Below, piece by piece: positions 47,866 through 58,161 of a stretch of 64,000 nucleotides of DNA. The notes under the pieces are model-generated. The model saw nothing but the letters and a program-made list of their open reading frames with translations, did not search any database and was not told where the DNA came from. Numbering within the stretch: position 1 is the first letter of the stretch; the number at the start of each line of letters is the position of its first letter. Position numbers and translations under genes: made by a program. The DNA lies in IMG/VR virus record IMGVR_UViG_3300019458_000021, positions 173,380 to 237,379 of that record; one strand, 5' to 3'.

Positions 47866-48320
47866 ACGTAGAAGGTAACCTTCTCATATCGATTTGCAAT
47901 GTCTTCAAGTAGTGGACCTACATCAATGTCCCATATAAGTCCACCAAGACCGCAGCCAAGACGCGGCATGGATACAGGAAGTTGATGAGCATCGGCAAAT
48001 GCTGCGGTACCGAATAGAGTTTGTTTGATCGCGTCGCAGTTTGCGTAACGTTTTCCATCATTGCCGTAGTACACTTGCGTGTAGAGATTTCCAACGAACA
48101 AGTTTGGGGCAACTTTGATAAAATGGAAACTTCCGAGCAGGCTTGCTTTTTTATCGGTTTCGATGTTTTGATCAACGGCACGGTAACGGTCGTACACCTC
48201 TGGCCACTTGTTCCGGATCGCTAGTGCAACACCAGAGCCCATTCGTCCTTGACAGTTAACGCCGTGAACAACAATTCCTGTCTCAACTGTTGTCAAATCT
48301 TTAATTACGTACTCGATCAC
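47850..48320 (-). CDS. Macrodomain (ADP-ribose processing) protein
   Basis: IVHGVNCQGRMGSGVA, NLYTQ, MPRLGCGLGGL.W. Confidence 0.9.
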   Translation of the reverse strand: MIEYVIKDLTTVETGIVVHGVNCQGRMGSGVALAIRNKWPEVYDRYRAVDQNIETDKKASLLGSFHFIKVAPNLFVGNLYTQVYYGNDGKRYANCDAIKQTLFGTAAFADAHQLPVSMPRLGCGLGGLIWDIDVGPLLEDIANRYEKVTFYVCDLK

Positions 48321-48401
48321 GTTCTTTCCACCTTTCGATTCTTGCTTGAGTGTCTTTCATCACAACTGTTCCTGCTGGGTGAGCTAGTTCGCCTAGTTTC
48401 A

Positions 48402-48791
48402 TTAGCATTCAACTACAGCACCACCTTCACCGTCCTCGTTTACTTCACACGTATCAAGTTTGAACTGTTTCAACAGTTCAGTGGCAAGCATTTCACAGCT
48501 CTGGGAGCCAAACAGCAAACACTGGTACTCTTTCGAAAAATATCTCTTATGTAAAAACTTCTTCATTTGATGTGCCAATTTGATAAATTCAATGTCCCTA
48601 TCATTATGATAAACGGATTTTGTTGCTATTACAAAGAACTGATGTCTGTGCAAGTTCTTCAAATACATTACTTCATCAATATCGCAGTTTGTCCAGCAAT
48701 GAAGTCCTTCTACCTGAAAGCGAACTATAATGCGAGTACTCAATGTCGTTCTATTTCTTACAAAAGCAGTTTGATTCAAATTTTGTTTCAT
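48402..48791 (-). CDS. QueD/PTPS-like T-fold protein
   Basis: EGLHCW, HRHQF, DRDIEFI, SCEMLA, EDGEGGA. Confidence 0.55.
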   Translation of the reverse strand: MKQNLNQTAFVRNRTTLSTRIIVRFQVEGLHCWTNCDIDEVMYLKNLHRHQFFVIATKSVYHNDRDIEFIKLAHQMKKFLHKRYFSKEYQCLLFGSQSCEMLATELLKQFKLDTCEVNEDGEGGAVVEC

Positions 48792-49150
48792 TTTATTGAT
48801 ATCCTTATTGCGGCCAACTGTGGATGGCTTCGAATTGAACTTTACAATACACTGTTGTCAAGGCGTTAGACATTGTTTCTCCCCATTATCGATTTTATAT
48901 GTAAATACGATTGTACCACTTAACACGAGGACTGACAAGTGACGAAACAACCTACTGTCCACACTCGCATCAAACCACGCAGCAACGGTACATCTTCTCA
49001 TCAACGCGAAAAGAGAGTCCACGCAACAACGAAGCATTACGACTGGGTTGCAAATACCTGTCAGAAGTTAAATGTCAAGCAGTTCGTATCGTTTTGACGG
49101 TTATATGTTATCGTAAGATTTGGAATACAAAATTTGATACCGCTTGGACC

Positions 49151-49501
49151 CTATGCGGAGAAGGAGGACCCGCATCCACATGTTGAAGTAGCATTCGGAT
49201 TGTGAATAGTGAATTGAGCGCCATTGAGATCTTCAAGATACTCAATAGTGGCACCAAGAAGATATTGAAAGCTCATCGGATCAACCAAGAACTTCACGCC
49301 GTCCTTTTCGATCACGGTATCGTCGTCAGCGATCTCTTTATCGAGCGTGAATCCATACTGGAAGCCGGAACAGCCTCCGCCTTGAACGAACACGCGAAGC
49401 ATCAAGGAAGGATCCCCTTCTTCGGCGATCACTTCCTTGATTTTGTTAACAGAGGTAGGTGTAAATGTTATGAGATCCATATCTGTATTTATGAGATCCA
49501 T
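49151..49501 (-). CDS. erpA: Fe-S cluster insertion protein ErpA/IscA
   Basis: [31 protein letters not shown]. Confidence 0.93.
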   Translation of the reverse strand: MDLINTDMDLITFTPTSVNKIKEVIAEEGDPSLMLRVFVQGGGCSGFQYGFTLDKEIADDDTVIEKDGVKFLVDPMSFQYLLGATIEYLEDLNGAQFTIHNPNATSTCGCGSSFSA

Positions 49502-49509
49502 ATCTGTAT
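49468..49509. repeat. Perfect 21-bp tandem duplication at the erpA start
   Basis: ttatgagatccatatctgtat x2. Confidence 0.95.
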
Positions 49510-50031
49510 TTAGTGAGCCAAGCTGGCGGCGTTCACCGCTTGGATCAGAGCAAATTCAGCGAATGTGAATACGCCCTCGCCCACGGACAGCAGTCGGGTT
49601 TCACCGTTTGTCGGAACAACGATGACATTGTGGCGATTGGATCCCGCATGTCTTGTGATTACCACCGTCTCTGGTTTGCGTACAAGCGCAGCGGCTTCGT
49701 ACAGCCGTTCCGGTAGAACCATTCCCACGCAAGTAATCGCTCGGTTGAGTGACTGTTCGTCTTCACTGAACGACGTGAAAGGAATTTGAGCTTCGTTTGC
49801 CAACTTTTCAAGTGACACAACCATGTTGTTTAGATCGGCGGAATTACCACCGTTCAACACGATCATTGTCTTGTGACTCGTTGCCCACTCCCATAACAAC
49901 GCCGACGCTTCGTCGTGGTTAATTGGATATTTCACGAACAACTCATGCAGGCAGTGCGCGGACTGAATCCCTTGCTGAATTGACGACAGGTAGAAGTTGC
50001 AGAAGAAGTAGGCACGCATAGTGAACTCCAT
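49510..50031 (-). CDS. Peptidyl-tRNA hydrolase (Pth2-like) protein
   Basis: GIQSAH, W....KTMIVL, F.ED......ITCVG. Confidence 0.6.
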   Translation of the reverse strand: MEFTMRAYFFCNFYLSSIQQGIQSAHCLHELFVKYPINHDEASALLWEWATSHKTMIVLNGGNSADLNNMVVSLEKLANEAQIPFTSFSEDEQSLNRAITCVGMVLPERLYEAAALVRKPETVVITRHAGSNRHNVIVVPTNGETRLLSVGEGVFTFAEFALIQAVNAASLAH

Positions 50032-50114
50032 GTATGGAAGTCGCCATGTTACTGGACTATCAAATTTAGGTCAACAACATAGTAACCCATAAATACTTGA
50101 AAAGGAGTAACCCT

Positions 50115-50549
50115 ATGGCCGCAATCACGTTTTACAACAAGTTCAAAGAAAACCAAATCGATGGCGATGCTGTTATAGATTTCGACACCGACACAATCAA
50201 GGTCATGTTGGTATCAAGCGCATATGTTCCGAACGTAGCCACGCACGATTTCAAAGATGACGTTACCAACGAAGTTGCTGGAACGAATTACGTTGCCGGT
50301 GGTGTTGCACTTGCCTCAAAAACAGTTGTTTTGGCAGGTAGCGTGGTCACGTTTGATGCGGCTGATGCAACATGGTTGCAGAGCCTTGCAGGATTCTCGA
50401 ATGCACGTTACGGCGTCATGTACAAAGACACAGGCGTTGCAGCAACAAGTCCTCTTATCGGTTATTTGAACTTCGTTACCGATAAAGGCAACGTGAGCGG
50501 TGATCTAGTAATTCAATGGAGCGCGTCGGGCATCTTCGCGCTGTCATAA
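50115..50549 (+). CDS. Virion structural protein
   Basis: IDFDTDTIKVMLV...Y.P...NEV.GTNY.AGG, a phage tail-associated pattern; TAAATA upstream. Confidence 0.7.
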   Translation: MAAITFYNKFKENQIDGDAVIDFDTDTIKVMLVSSAYVPNVATHDFKDDVTNEVAGTNYVAGGVALASKTVVLAGSVVTFDAADATWLQSLAGFSNARYGVMYKDTGVAATSPLIGYLNFVTDKGNVSGDLVIQWSASGIFALS

Positions 50550-50567
50550 TCTTGCTGGGGGCAAGAA

Positions 50568-51695
50568 ATGACTGTAATTGCGCAAGCGACGACGCAACCG
50601 CGCCATGCACATATCAGTTCATTGTGGCACGGGGAAGAAACCGTCTTCACCTCCACATCAATTATCCGTGCTGTTGCAACGGACAATGATTACTTCAAGC
50701 TAGACAACTTCGTTCTCGACATTCCTGTCAATACAACGATTAAAGGAATCGTCCTTGCGATTAACTACCGAATCGTTGGTCGTTGTGAAGTAGCCTTTGA
50801 AACGATTCAACTATTAAAGAACGGAATCCCAGTTGGATCAAATAAAGCCGATCCAACCAGTGCGCTCCCACCTCGAACAACAAGCGCGACCCCACCGGCC
50901 CGTTTTGGCAGTACCGCTGATTTGTGGGGGACAACTTGGACGCCGGCAGAAATAAACGACAACGAATTTGGCGTGCAAATTCGTGCTGTGGCACTAGCTC
51001 CATTGTTACCATCACTGTTTATTGACGGCGTTGACATTACGGTCTACTACGAAGGAAGTAGTCAGGCTGCTTTGGATCAATATACGATTCCATCGACAGC
51101 CGAGTTAAGCTTTTCCACTGAAGAGCATAACGTGATTTCGTCGATCGCTGTTGACATGGCTAGCTTAACTCTGACGTCGTTTGAAGTTACAACTCCGGAA
51201 TTAGTCACACTTGCTGTTTTGCAGCTTCAACCACAAGACGCAAAGATTGATGATCTCGTTTCGCCTGATACGGCGGCCTTGACTCTTAACTCGTTTGCCG
51301 CTGTTGTCGGCGGAATTGTTTCCGTCCCGGTACCTGCAGCGTTAAGCTTAGGAACTTTTAACGCTTTAATCGATGATCTAGTCGCACCTGACCTAGCTAC
51401 ACTTGCTTTGACTTCCCCACAAGCTAAGATCGACGATAGAGTCCTTGCTGTTGTAGGCAGTCTGGTTTTGGTTAGTTACGATGCTGCCGTGCTCTATCCC
51501 GAAATCATTTCTGTGGAAACAGCTGAACTGTTCCTACAAACGTTTGAGGTGAATACACCAACGATCATTCATGTCGCGTCGCCAGGAGCATCACTGACGC
51601 TGACGTCCTTCGAACACGAAATTGTTGGTACAACACGCGTGTTTCCGGATCTTGGCACTCAAAGTTTTGAATCAGGTGACCACATAATTACGTAA
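50568..51695 (+). CDS. Virion-like protein with C-terminal repeats
   Basis: DLWGTTWTPAEIN domain and repeated A.L.L.(S/T)F units. Confidence 0.65.
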   Translation: MTVIAQATTQPRHAHISSLWHGEETVFTSTSIIRAVATDNDYFKLDNFVLDIPVNTTIKGIVLAINYRIVGRCEVAFETIQLLKNGIPVGSNKADPTSALPPRTTSATPPARFGSTADLWGTTWTPAEINDNEFGVQIRAVALAPLLPSLFIDGVDITVYYEGSSQAALDQYTIPSTAELSFSTEEHNVISSIAVDMASLTLTSFEVTTPELVTLAVLQLQPQDAKIDDLVSPDTAALTLNSFAAVVGGIVSVPVPAALSLGTFNALIDDLVAPDLATLALTSPQAKIDDRVLAVVGSLVLVSYDAAVLYPEIISVETAELFLQTFEVNTPTIIHVASPGASLTLTSFEHEIVGTTRVFPDLGTQSFESGDHIIT

Positions 51696-51706
51696 TTTAC
51701 TTACCA

Positions 51707-51940
51707 CTATTCGCCACCGCCTCCGCCATCACCACCACCGTTACCACCATTGCCACTGCCATTACTACCACCTGGCATGCCCCAGTAGTAACCGCCAAAG
51801 CCACCAAAGCCACCAAAGCCATAGAACGTACCTGTGCGTGACTTCTTACGTCGTGAAGCAAATGTTAGGACTTTTGGCTTCCTACGCTTCGAATGTTTCT
51901 TCTTGCGCTTGCCTTCTGTAAGAACGTGTTCAAGCAACAT
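51707..51940 (-). CDS. Small basic/Gly-rich protein
   Basis: K/R tract followed by GFGG repeats. Confidence 0.6.
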   Translation of the reverse strand: MLLEHVLTEGKRKKKHSKRRKPKVLTFASRRKKSRTGTFYGFGGFGGFGGYYWGMPGGSNGSGNGGNGGGDGGGGGE

Positions 51941-52182
51941 TATTTGTCCCCTGCACGCTTACCAGATTTTGTCATATCGAACCACATGTTGCCAGCGACG
52001 TAAGATGGCTCTTTTGGTTCTTTCATGAATGGAACATCCTTCTTGGTGAGAGTAACTTTTGCTGCAGCCTTGCCACCACGCTTAGCTTTTTTCTTTGGTG
52101 CTTTCTTTGCTTTCTTTTTTGCAGCTTCTACCAATTGTTCCTGCTTTTCGTTGATGTCCAGCAGTTCTTTCAGGATGCTCAT
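51940..52182 (-). CDS. Small Lys/Ala-rich basic protein
   Basis: AGGAG RBS and TAAATA upstream. Confidence 0.7.
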   Translation of the reverse strand: MSILKELLDINEKQEQLVEAAKKKAKKAPKKKAKRGGKAAAKVTLTKKDVPFMKEPKEPSYVAGNMWFDMTKSGKRAGDK

Positions 52183-52240
52183 AGCTTTCTCCTTGTTCTC
52201 AGGAGATATTTAGTCAACCAACGGGGTAAAATACGAAAGA

Positions 52241-52474
52241 TCAGTGTACAGATGCGGTTGCATGGGCTTCCAACCCAGCAAGAACGTCGTCTTTGTGGGC
52301 AAGAAGCTTGTCTGTGATTTCAAAAAGTGTATCCCAATCTTTGTCGTCCGGAGTAAGACCAAGATCGAGCAAAAGTTGTCCAAGACAAAACACACGCTCG
52401 CCTTGTTCATATTGTTCGAGGACTGTTTTCAGGATCAAATACTGAACCAGAGCATCACGCTGCGTCTCCATCAA
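52241..52474 (-). CDS. Hypothetical protein
   Basis: 77-aa ORF with an AGGAG RBS. Confidence 0.6.
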   Translation of the reverse strand: MMETQRDALVQYLILKTVLEQYEQGERVFCLGQLLLDLGLTPDDKDWDTLFEITDKLLAHKDDVLAGLEAHATASVH

Positions 52475-52727
52475 GTTTCACTCCTAACTCAAGAGCACGC
52501 AGATGCATGTCTTGCATGTCAACCTCAAGCTGAAGCAGGATGGCCGCCGCGTGGTCATAATGTGTAGTTGCCACACGAGCGTTAGCCGGATCTTCACGCA
52601 TTGCGGCGTAATAGTTGACCCGTTTCCTTGCCTGAGCTAATCGAATAGCAGCTTGTCGGTAATCCGACAAAAGCTTCTCACGTTCTTGATGTTCATTGCG
52701 TTCACGTTGGAACGAATGTAGTTTCAT
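52455..52727 (-). CDS. Hypothetical protein
   Basis: 90-aa ORF after TAAATA. Confidence 0.6.
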   Translation of the reverse strand: MKLHSFQRERNEHQEREKLLSDYRQAAIRLAQARKRVNYYAAMREDPANARVATTHYDHAAAILLQLEVDMQDMHLRALELGVKLDGDAA

Positions 52728-52760
52728 AGGTTCACCTTTCGATGAACCTATTTACGTGAT

Positions 52761-52979
52761 TTACTTGTCGTCTTTCTTGAGAACAGCACCGTCTTTGTAC
52801 TCTTGGACGATGACGTAACCTGCTGGGAATGGCTTGACGTTTGTGATCAGACGCTTTCCTTCAGAATTGACAAGAACGTACACGTGTGGCGTATATGTTT
52901 CGTTGTTGACGATTGGGTCGTGGTTCGCTGCAAACGTGAAAGTTGGAACGAGAGCAAGCACGGCAAGTAGGGTTTTCAT
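52761..52979 (-). CDS. Small secreted protein
   Basis: Signal peptide; AGGAG RBS. Confidence 0.65.
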   Translation of the reverse strand: MKTLLAVLALVPTFTFAANHDPIVNNETYTPHVYVLVNSEGKRLITNVKPFPAGYVIVQEYKDGAVLKKDDK

Positions 52980-53003
52980 AGGTAAAGTCTCCTTTATGAA
53001 ATA

Positions 53004-53456
53004 CTACGACGGCTTTTCAAGTTTGTCAAGCAGGCGATCCAGCTCCTGCTTGAAACGTAACGCACGAGCCTGTTCACACACTGCGTTTTCCAATGCGTGC
53101 TGGATTTTTGTACGCAGAATATTCACAGGAGGATGATCAATGATTTCGTACTCAGTGCCTCTGTACTTGTCGGAGTATGAATGATCTTGATCGATTTGCG
53201 TCAGACGTTCTTCTAGCTCATTCATTGAATACACTTCAATGTAGTCTGGATGGTTCTTGGTTGTCCACCACGCCCAGGTGGTCCAAACTTTGGCCCAAAT
53301 CATACGATCACTGCCACGACGGCGATGACAATCAGTACGGCAATAACGCCGAGCAATATCTTCACAACAGCGGTAGGCTCTTTTCCATAATTGTAGTCCA
53401 TGATTATCCTCAGAACGGTTGAGTAGGTGGTTGATGTAATGCGCGCACAAGTTCAA
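53004..53456 (-). CDS. Hypothetical protein (true start probably downstream)
   Basis: ORF; the 5' part is doubtful. Confidence 0.5.
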   Translation of the reverse strand: MNLCAHYINHLLNRSEDNHGLQLWKRAYRCCEDIARRYCRTDCHRRRGSDRMIWAKVWTTWAWWTTKNHPDYIEVYSMNELEERLTQIDQDHSYSDKYRGTEYEIIDHPPVNILRTKIQHALENAVCEQARALRFKQELDRLLDKLEKPS

Positions 53457-54024
53457 CTTGTGACATCAACACGTGTTTGATGTTTTCGTATGCCGGCTCT
53501 TGTTGTGGAAATTGTCGTCGAGCAATGCGCAACATTGGAAGAATGTACTCTTCCACTTCATCACAATAGTTTGTTTGTTTCTCTGGTGAGAATACTCCAA
53601 CCATTGTTTGGACATTGTGGATTCGATCTGCGCCTTTACAAACCGAAGCAATTGGATCGGTAGCCATTGCAGCATAGTATTCAGTATTTGATTTCCCTTT
53701 CGTTTTCGTCAACAAGTCAACGCTAGCTCCAATTCTGTCGCCAAACATTTTGTAGATAGCATCGAGCGGCACAGGATGATCCTCAACAACGTCGTGCAGA
53801 AGTGCCGACGCAACAGTTTCCTGTGGCCAAAGAAGCGATGTGTGAATCGTTCGCAAATAGTGAGCAATTCGAATCTGATGTTCGAATTCGGGCGTAACTC
53901 TGTCTTTGCGAAATCCAACATGTATCTCTGCTCCATATTCAAGAGCCTTGATTGCTGTGTACCACTGCCGTCCGAGCATCCAGTAACGCAACGTCAGTTT
54001 GAGTTTGTTGAAGTGGCCTCGCAT
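53410..54024 (-). CDS. HD-domain (p)ppGpp-hydrolase-like (SpoT/Mesh1-type) protein
   Basis: H.G.RKD..TP...H, ALLHDVVED, LLTK, K.ADRIHN. Confidence 0.8.
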   Translation of the reverse strand: MRGHFNKLKLTLRYWMLGRQWYTAIKALEYGAEIHVGFRKDRVTPEFEHQIRIAHYLRTIHTSLLWPQETVASALLHDVVEDHPVPLDAIYKMFGDRIGASVDLLTKTKGKSNTEYYAAMATDPIASVCKGADRIHNVQTMVGVFSPEKQTNYCDEVEEYILPMLRIARRQFPQQEPAYENIKHVLMSQVELVRALHQPPTQPF

Positions 54025-54236
54025 ATTACCTCCAGTTCAATCCGTACACGTATTGAACGTTCGTGAACTGTCGCGATAGTGAAGACATGCTGCACAATTG
54101 TAGATCAGATCTTCGATCATTGTTGGTGCTGGACGACACGCAAACAGCGTTTCGGGTGGCCCGAGATTGTCCGGATAAACTTCGAGGTCCTCAGCAGACG
54201 CCGTCGAGAACATGAGAACCATGGCAATGATTGTTC

Positions 54237-54446
54237 TCATTTTTCCTCCATTAACACTTTGTGACGATCTTGAACAGACATCTTTGTCCAAATCTCTCGA
54301 AGCCAACCGTCAATTTCAGCGACCTCGGTGTCGTCTAAAATTCCCGATAGTTGCCCTTGTTCCAGATCTCGCTTCAACATTTGGTATTCTTCAACGAGCG
54401 TCAATTCTGCTGTCGGTTGAAAAACAACCTTCGTTTCTTGACTCAC
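54237..54446 (-). CDS. Hypothetical protein
   Basis: 69-aa ORF overlapping neighbours. Confidence 0.55.
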   Translation of the reverse strand: MSQETKVVFQPTAELTLVEEYQMLKRDLEQGQLSGILDDTEVAEIDGWLREIWTKMSVQDRHKVLMEEK

Positions 54447-54847
54447 ATGACCTCCGTTTTCGGTCCTTCAAAAACAAGATAGTTGTCGCGAAGAACTCGC
54501 TCAACAGCAACTCCAACAAGGTACATTTTGTTCGAATTGAGAGCGTTTGCACGTTCGAGTGGCTCGTAGGTTCCCTTTAGCCGTTCGTTAAAATCTGCAA
54601 TGCGAAGTTGCGGAAGAAAGTACACAGTGATCTTCTCAGGATCTTCAACACGAACACTCACGCCAGTAGGCGACGGTGCAATGATTACATTGTTGTTATC
54701 GTCGATCAACGCAGCTAACGCTTTGTGGAGGTTGAGAGCAAGTTGTTCGATCTCACCGACCTCTGTTCCTCCGAGGACAGTCATTGTCATTCCTGGGAAT
54801 TGAGTTTTAAGCGCACTAACAACAGCATCAAGATCAGTCTTGTCCAT
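54443..54847 (-). CDS. Hypothetical protein
   Basis: 134-aa ORF with a GAGG RBS. Confidence 0.65.
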   Translation of the reverse strand: MDKTDLDAVVSALKTQFPGMTMTVLGGTEVGEIEQLALNLHKALAALIDDNNNVIIAPSPTGVSVRVEDPEKITVYFLPQLRIADFNERLKGTYEPLERANALNSNKMYLVGVAVERVLRDNYLVFEGPKTEVM

Positions 54848-55078
54848 TTAGTCCTCGAATTTCACTTTGAAACATACTCTGTCTTTCCAGCTTCGCCACA
54901 CAAGCGCGGGAAACGATTGTTTCTTCTTGTTTTTAACTTTGAAAGGGTTCTGATACAACTATAATGAAGAGGACCGTATGTGCTTGCAAGACGAAAATGC
55001 AACGACTGAGATTTCATGTTACCCTCATAGGTTGACTTTCAGTATACATCAACCATTTCACCCAACCAACTCTGAACA

Positions 55079-55750
55079 CTATTGTTGAGGGAAGTTGGCA
55101 CATGACTTGACGATTTCATCACGGACCTTCATGATAAAATCGGTGCTGTGATAAACGTTCCACAGCACTTCACCCATACCTTTTGTAATGTCTTTGAATT
55201 CTGGATCGCAGTGGTGTTTGCGCGTTGGGTTGTAGGTCGCCTGTTTGTGATTCCAGTCGAACTCTCGCATGAGAAACAAGTAATGCGTTATCTCATGTCC
55301 AATCGCCCACGTCACAAGCAGACGATCTTCCATGTCAACTACTCGCGGAGCAATGCTGATTTGAATCGGATAGTTTGGCTCCTGTACCGTTGGATATTGC
55401 ATTGCCATCCGAGCGATTCGCGGCACTTCCCAATCGAGTGTGATTGGTGGGGGAGGAAGATCGTCTGGAGCACCAACACGCTTCTTTCCGTACTCCCATA
55501 GTCTGTTCACCAACTCGAGATCAATTGGAACAGGCGGAACAACGATCTGCTCGATTTGTGGCCCTGCAAAACATACCGTTGAAAACAGTGTGGTGATTAT
55601 CGTGCAAACAGCATGCACTGCTCGACGACAACTGTCCCTTGTGCAACTCCATACGGCGAGTCTTCTTTGAAGTAGCATTTTCCACTTGATGGTTCGTACC
55701 ACAGGGTCCATAGCGACTGCTCCTTCCATGTGATGTTGATCAGTTGCCAA
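55079..55750 (-). CDS. HExxH metallopeptidase-like protein (start probably ~55615)
   Basis: GHEITH motif; signal-like segment. Confidence 0.55.
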   Translation of the reverse strand: MATDQHHMEGAVAMDPVVRTIKWKMLLQRRLAVWSCTRDSCRRAVHAVCTIITTLFSTVCFAGPQIEQIVVPPVPIDLELVNRLWEYGKKRVGAPDDLPPPPITLDWEVPRIARMAMQYPTVQEPNYPIQISIAPRVVDMEDRLLVTWAIGHEITHYLFLMREFDWNHKQATYNPTRKHHCDPEFKDITKGMGEVLWNVYHSTDFIMKVRDEIVKSCANFPQQ

Positions 55751-55863
55751 CTCGGATCTGGTTTGTTAAGACTTGCCGTGCCCCCAAAGCGCGCCATGTT
55801 GTTATCCGTACATCCACTGACGAGCAAAGCCAGCGCAAAAACCAAGCCAAGTGTTGCTTTCAT
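55597..55863 (-). CDS. Putative lipoprotein
   Basis: LVSG-C lipobox. Confidence 0.7.
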   Translation of the reverse strand: MKATLGLVFALALLVSGCTDNNMARFGGTASLNKPDPSWQLINITWKEQSLWTLWYEPSSGKCYFKEDSPYGVAQGTVVVEQCMLFAR

Positions 55864-56086
55864 CGTTGATCTCCTAAGTATCGATTCAACTTAGTCGTTC
55901 TCTAGGGGAACGTCAACGCATGTTTTCTTATACTCGTCAAATGCTGCGCGAATCACGGCGCCTTCATCAAGCGCCGTACGAATCGCGTTAACAACTTTTG
56001 AGTCTGAGGTGTTGATCCCGACCTCGCGCAAAGCGTCACAGAACTTCCAGTGTGCTCGGATTTTCTGCTCGGTGTTGTAAATCACT

Positions 56087-56611
56087 TCACACATTTTCAT
56101 CAGGGAGATCCTTAAACGCTGCTTCAAGATCCTCTTGACGTTTAGCGCGAAGGCCAGCCATCTCAGTGATCCGATTATACACGGTTCGATTTGGCTGATA
56201 CACACCTTGTGCAGCAAACTCACGAATTCGACGAGTTTCGTCAACAAGGCCAAGAATGTCTCCTGCAGCTAAAGCAACAGCTGGTGAACGTGAGTATCCA
56301 GCGTCGCAATGGACAATCAGACAATCTTTGTCAGCATGTTGGCGGACGAAGTCAACAATTGTCTGTGCTTCCCATTCAGTAATTGGCTGAATGAACTCTC
56401 TCAGACCGTTGCCAGACGCCCAACGCATCAGATCGTCATTATCCTCAACGTCCGCAAACTTGCGGTAAAGGATGTCTTCGAACTCTTCGCGAAACTTCAG
56501 CGGCTTAAAGTTCTTGTACGAGGTGATCCGGATGAGTACAGTCCGCCCCAGCCCCTCCGATTTCGGACTGACTTCGCGAATTGCATTTCTGTTTGAGATC
56601 AGGAGTCTCAT
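56087..56611 (-). CDS. Protein-tyrosine/dual-specificity phosphatase-like protein
   Basis: VHCDAGYSRS (CX5R). Confidence 0.85.
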   Translation of the reverse strand: MRLLISNRNAIREVSPKSEGLGRTVLIRITSYKNFKPLKFREEFEDILYRKFADVEDNDDLMRWASGNGLREFIQPITEWEAQTIVDFVRQHADKDCLIVHCDAGYSRSPAVALAAGDILGLVDETRRIREFAAQGVYQPNRTVYNRITEMAGLRAKRQEDLEAAFKDLPDENV

Positions 56612-57197
56612 CTCTTTTCCTCGGAACAAACAAGTGTTCTTGATCGTCCCATAATGGATTGGTGATTTCAAGGTCTTGGAAGAATGACAACTCTGCAAGA
56701 CCACATACACTGTACCCTAACATTGTGCAAAAGGTCAAGTAGTCGTCTTGAGAGAACATCTCTTGGTAATACATGCGAGCGAGCATATTCAGTCCCATCG
56801 GTTCAGGACAATCATGAGAGGTGTAATCGTCCCAGTCACGATACCATCGGTCACACACAACACGAAGAACTCCGTTCTCGCGGAATCGTTGTACACCGTA
56901 GTCGTCGATTATTGTCTCGAACGTACGAGTGCCAACTTGAACACGAATGACATCACCGATGTAGTACTTCATCCTCGTTTCTCCGCTCCTGGAAAGTCGC
57001 CAACAATCGAGCGACAATCAAGACAAAAGTGAAACTTGACGTAATCACCACCACCAATTCCAAGATCATGGGGAACGTATTCCTCTATGTACTCAACATC
57101 GATCTTGAAATGATATTCGTCAAGGACAGGCTTGACGATATGGCACCTGTCGTCACATTTAGCGGAAATATAAGCGACGTTTTCGCTTTCACACACA

Positions 57198-57449
57198 TCA
57201 CAACAGGTGATTTCGCACCTTCTTCTTTCCAGGGCCACGCTTTGGCGTGTAGCCACTCTTACGAGGGCCAAGCCAATGATCCGGACCACGAGTGACGACC
57301 CAGTCAAGAACTTCTTTCCCATCCTTGTCCTTCTTGTTGAGAGAGCGACGCTTGATTTTTGCGTCAGGCTTCTTCGTGAAGAACACAGGCTTACCATCTT
57401 CGAGGTACAATCGGCCGTTAACGTCGGCTAACGCGAACAAGTTACTCAC
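57198..57449 (-). CDS. Basic hypothetical protein
   Basis: 83-aa ORF with a GGAGG RBS. Confidence 0.6.
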   Translation of the reverse strand: MSNLFALADVNGRLYLEDGKPVFFTKKPDAKIKRRSLNKKDKDGKEVLDWVVTRGPDHWLGPRKSGYTPKRGPGKKKVRNHLL

Positions 57450-57560
57450 AGGCAGTGCCTCCTAACTTGGTTTGAATTCAACAGTTTTCTACCGTACGCA
57501 ATAACAAAGGGGTATGACAACAATTCAAGGTAAATACGTGGAACCTCTGAGGAAACAACT

Positions 57561-57794
57561 ATGTTGCTACAAGAAATTGTCGATGTCCGTTCACGATCGA
57601 TCCAGTCATATGCCGAACTTCGAAGCAAACTATTTGACGTGCTTGGGCCACAGGCGATTCGTGGACTTGATCGAGATGCTGCAACGGCTCGAGCACACGA
57701 ACTTCTTCGCAACGCAACATTCCTTGATGACAGACTGAAAGCAAAACTAACCGCGGACGTTATCGAACAACTATATACTCATGAAACTCAATGA
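57561..57794 (+). CDS. Small late protein
   Basis: TAAATA at 57531; GAGG RBS. Confidence 0.6.
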   Translation: MLLQEIVDVRSRSIQSYAELRSKLFDVLGPQAIRGLDRDAATARAHELLRNATFLDDRLKAKLTADVIEQLYTHETQ

Positions 57795-58161
57795 AATTAC
57801 TGGCATTATTCGTCGTTCGTACATTCATCTGTACAACCATTATGTTGATGCTGCGTTGACGATCTATGATCAGATGGCGCACGAATACAATAAGCACGAA
57901 TCATCTGATCCGGAACAAGCCAACAGAGACTGGCACCGCGAATGGGAACGGATTGCAGCAAAGATACCAAAAGTTGAATATTATGATATGGCTGAATTTC
58001 TTGAATATCAAGACGAGATACCTGACGTGCTTTCGTACACGCTGTATTACTGGAAACACTCACCACACGCCGACGAATTTTTATCAGCATTCCACAACGC
58101 ACACACTGTTGGCTACCAATTTTGGATCAGACGATCTGGAATGCCTTTGACGTCGCTTTGA
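57781..58161 (+). CDS. Hypothetical protein
   Basis: 126-aa ORF starting MKLNEI. Confidence 0.65.
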   Translation: MKLNEITGIIRRSYIHLYNHYVDAALTIYDQMAHEYNKHESSDPEQANRDWHREWERIAAKIPKVEYYDMAEFLEYQDEIPDVLSYTLYYWKHSPHADEFLSAFHNAHTVGYQFWIRRSGMPLTSL

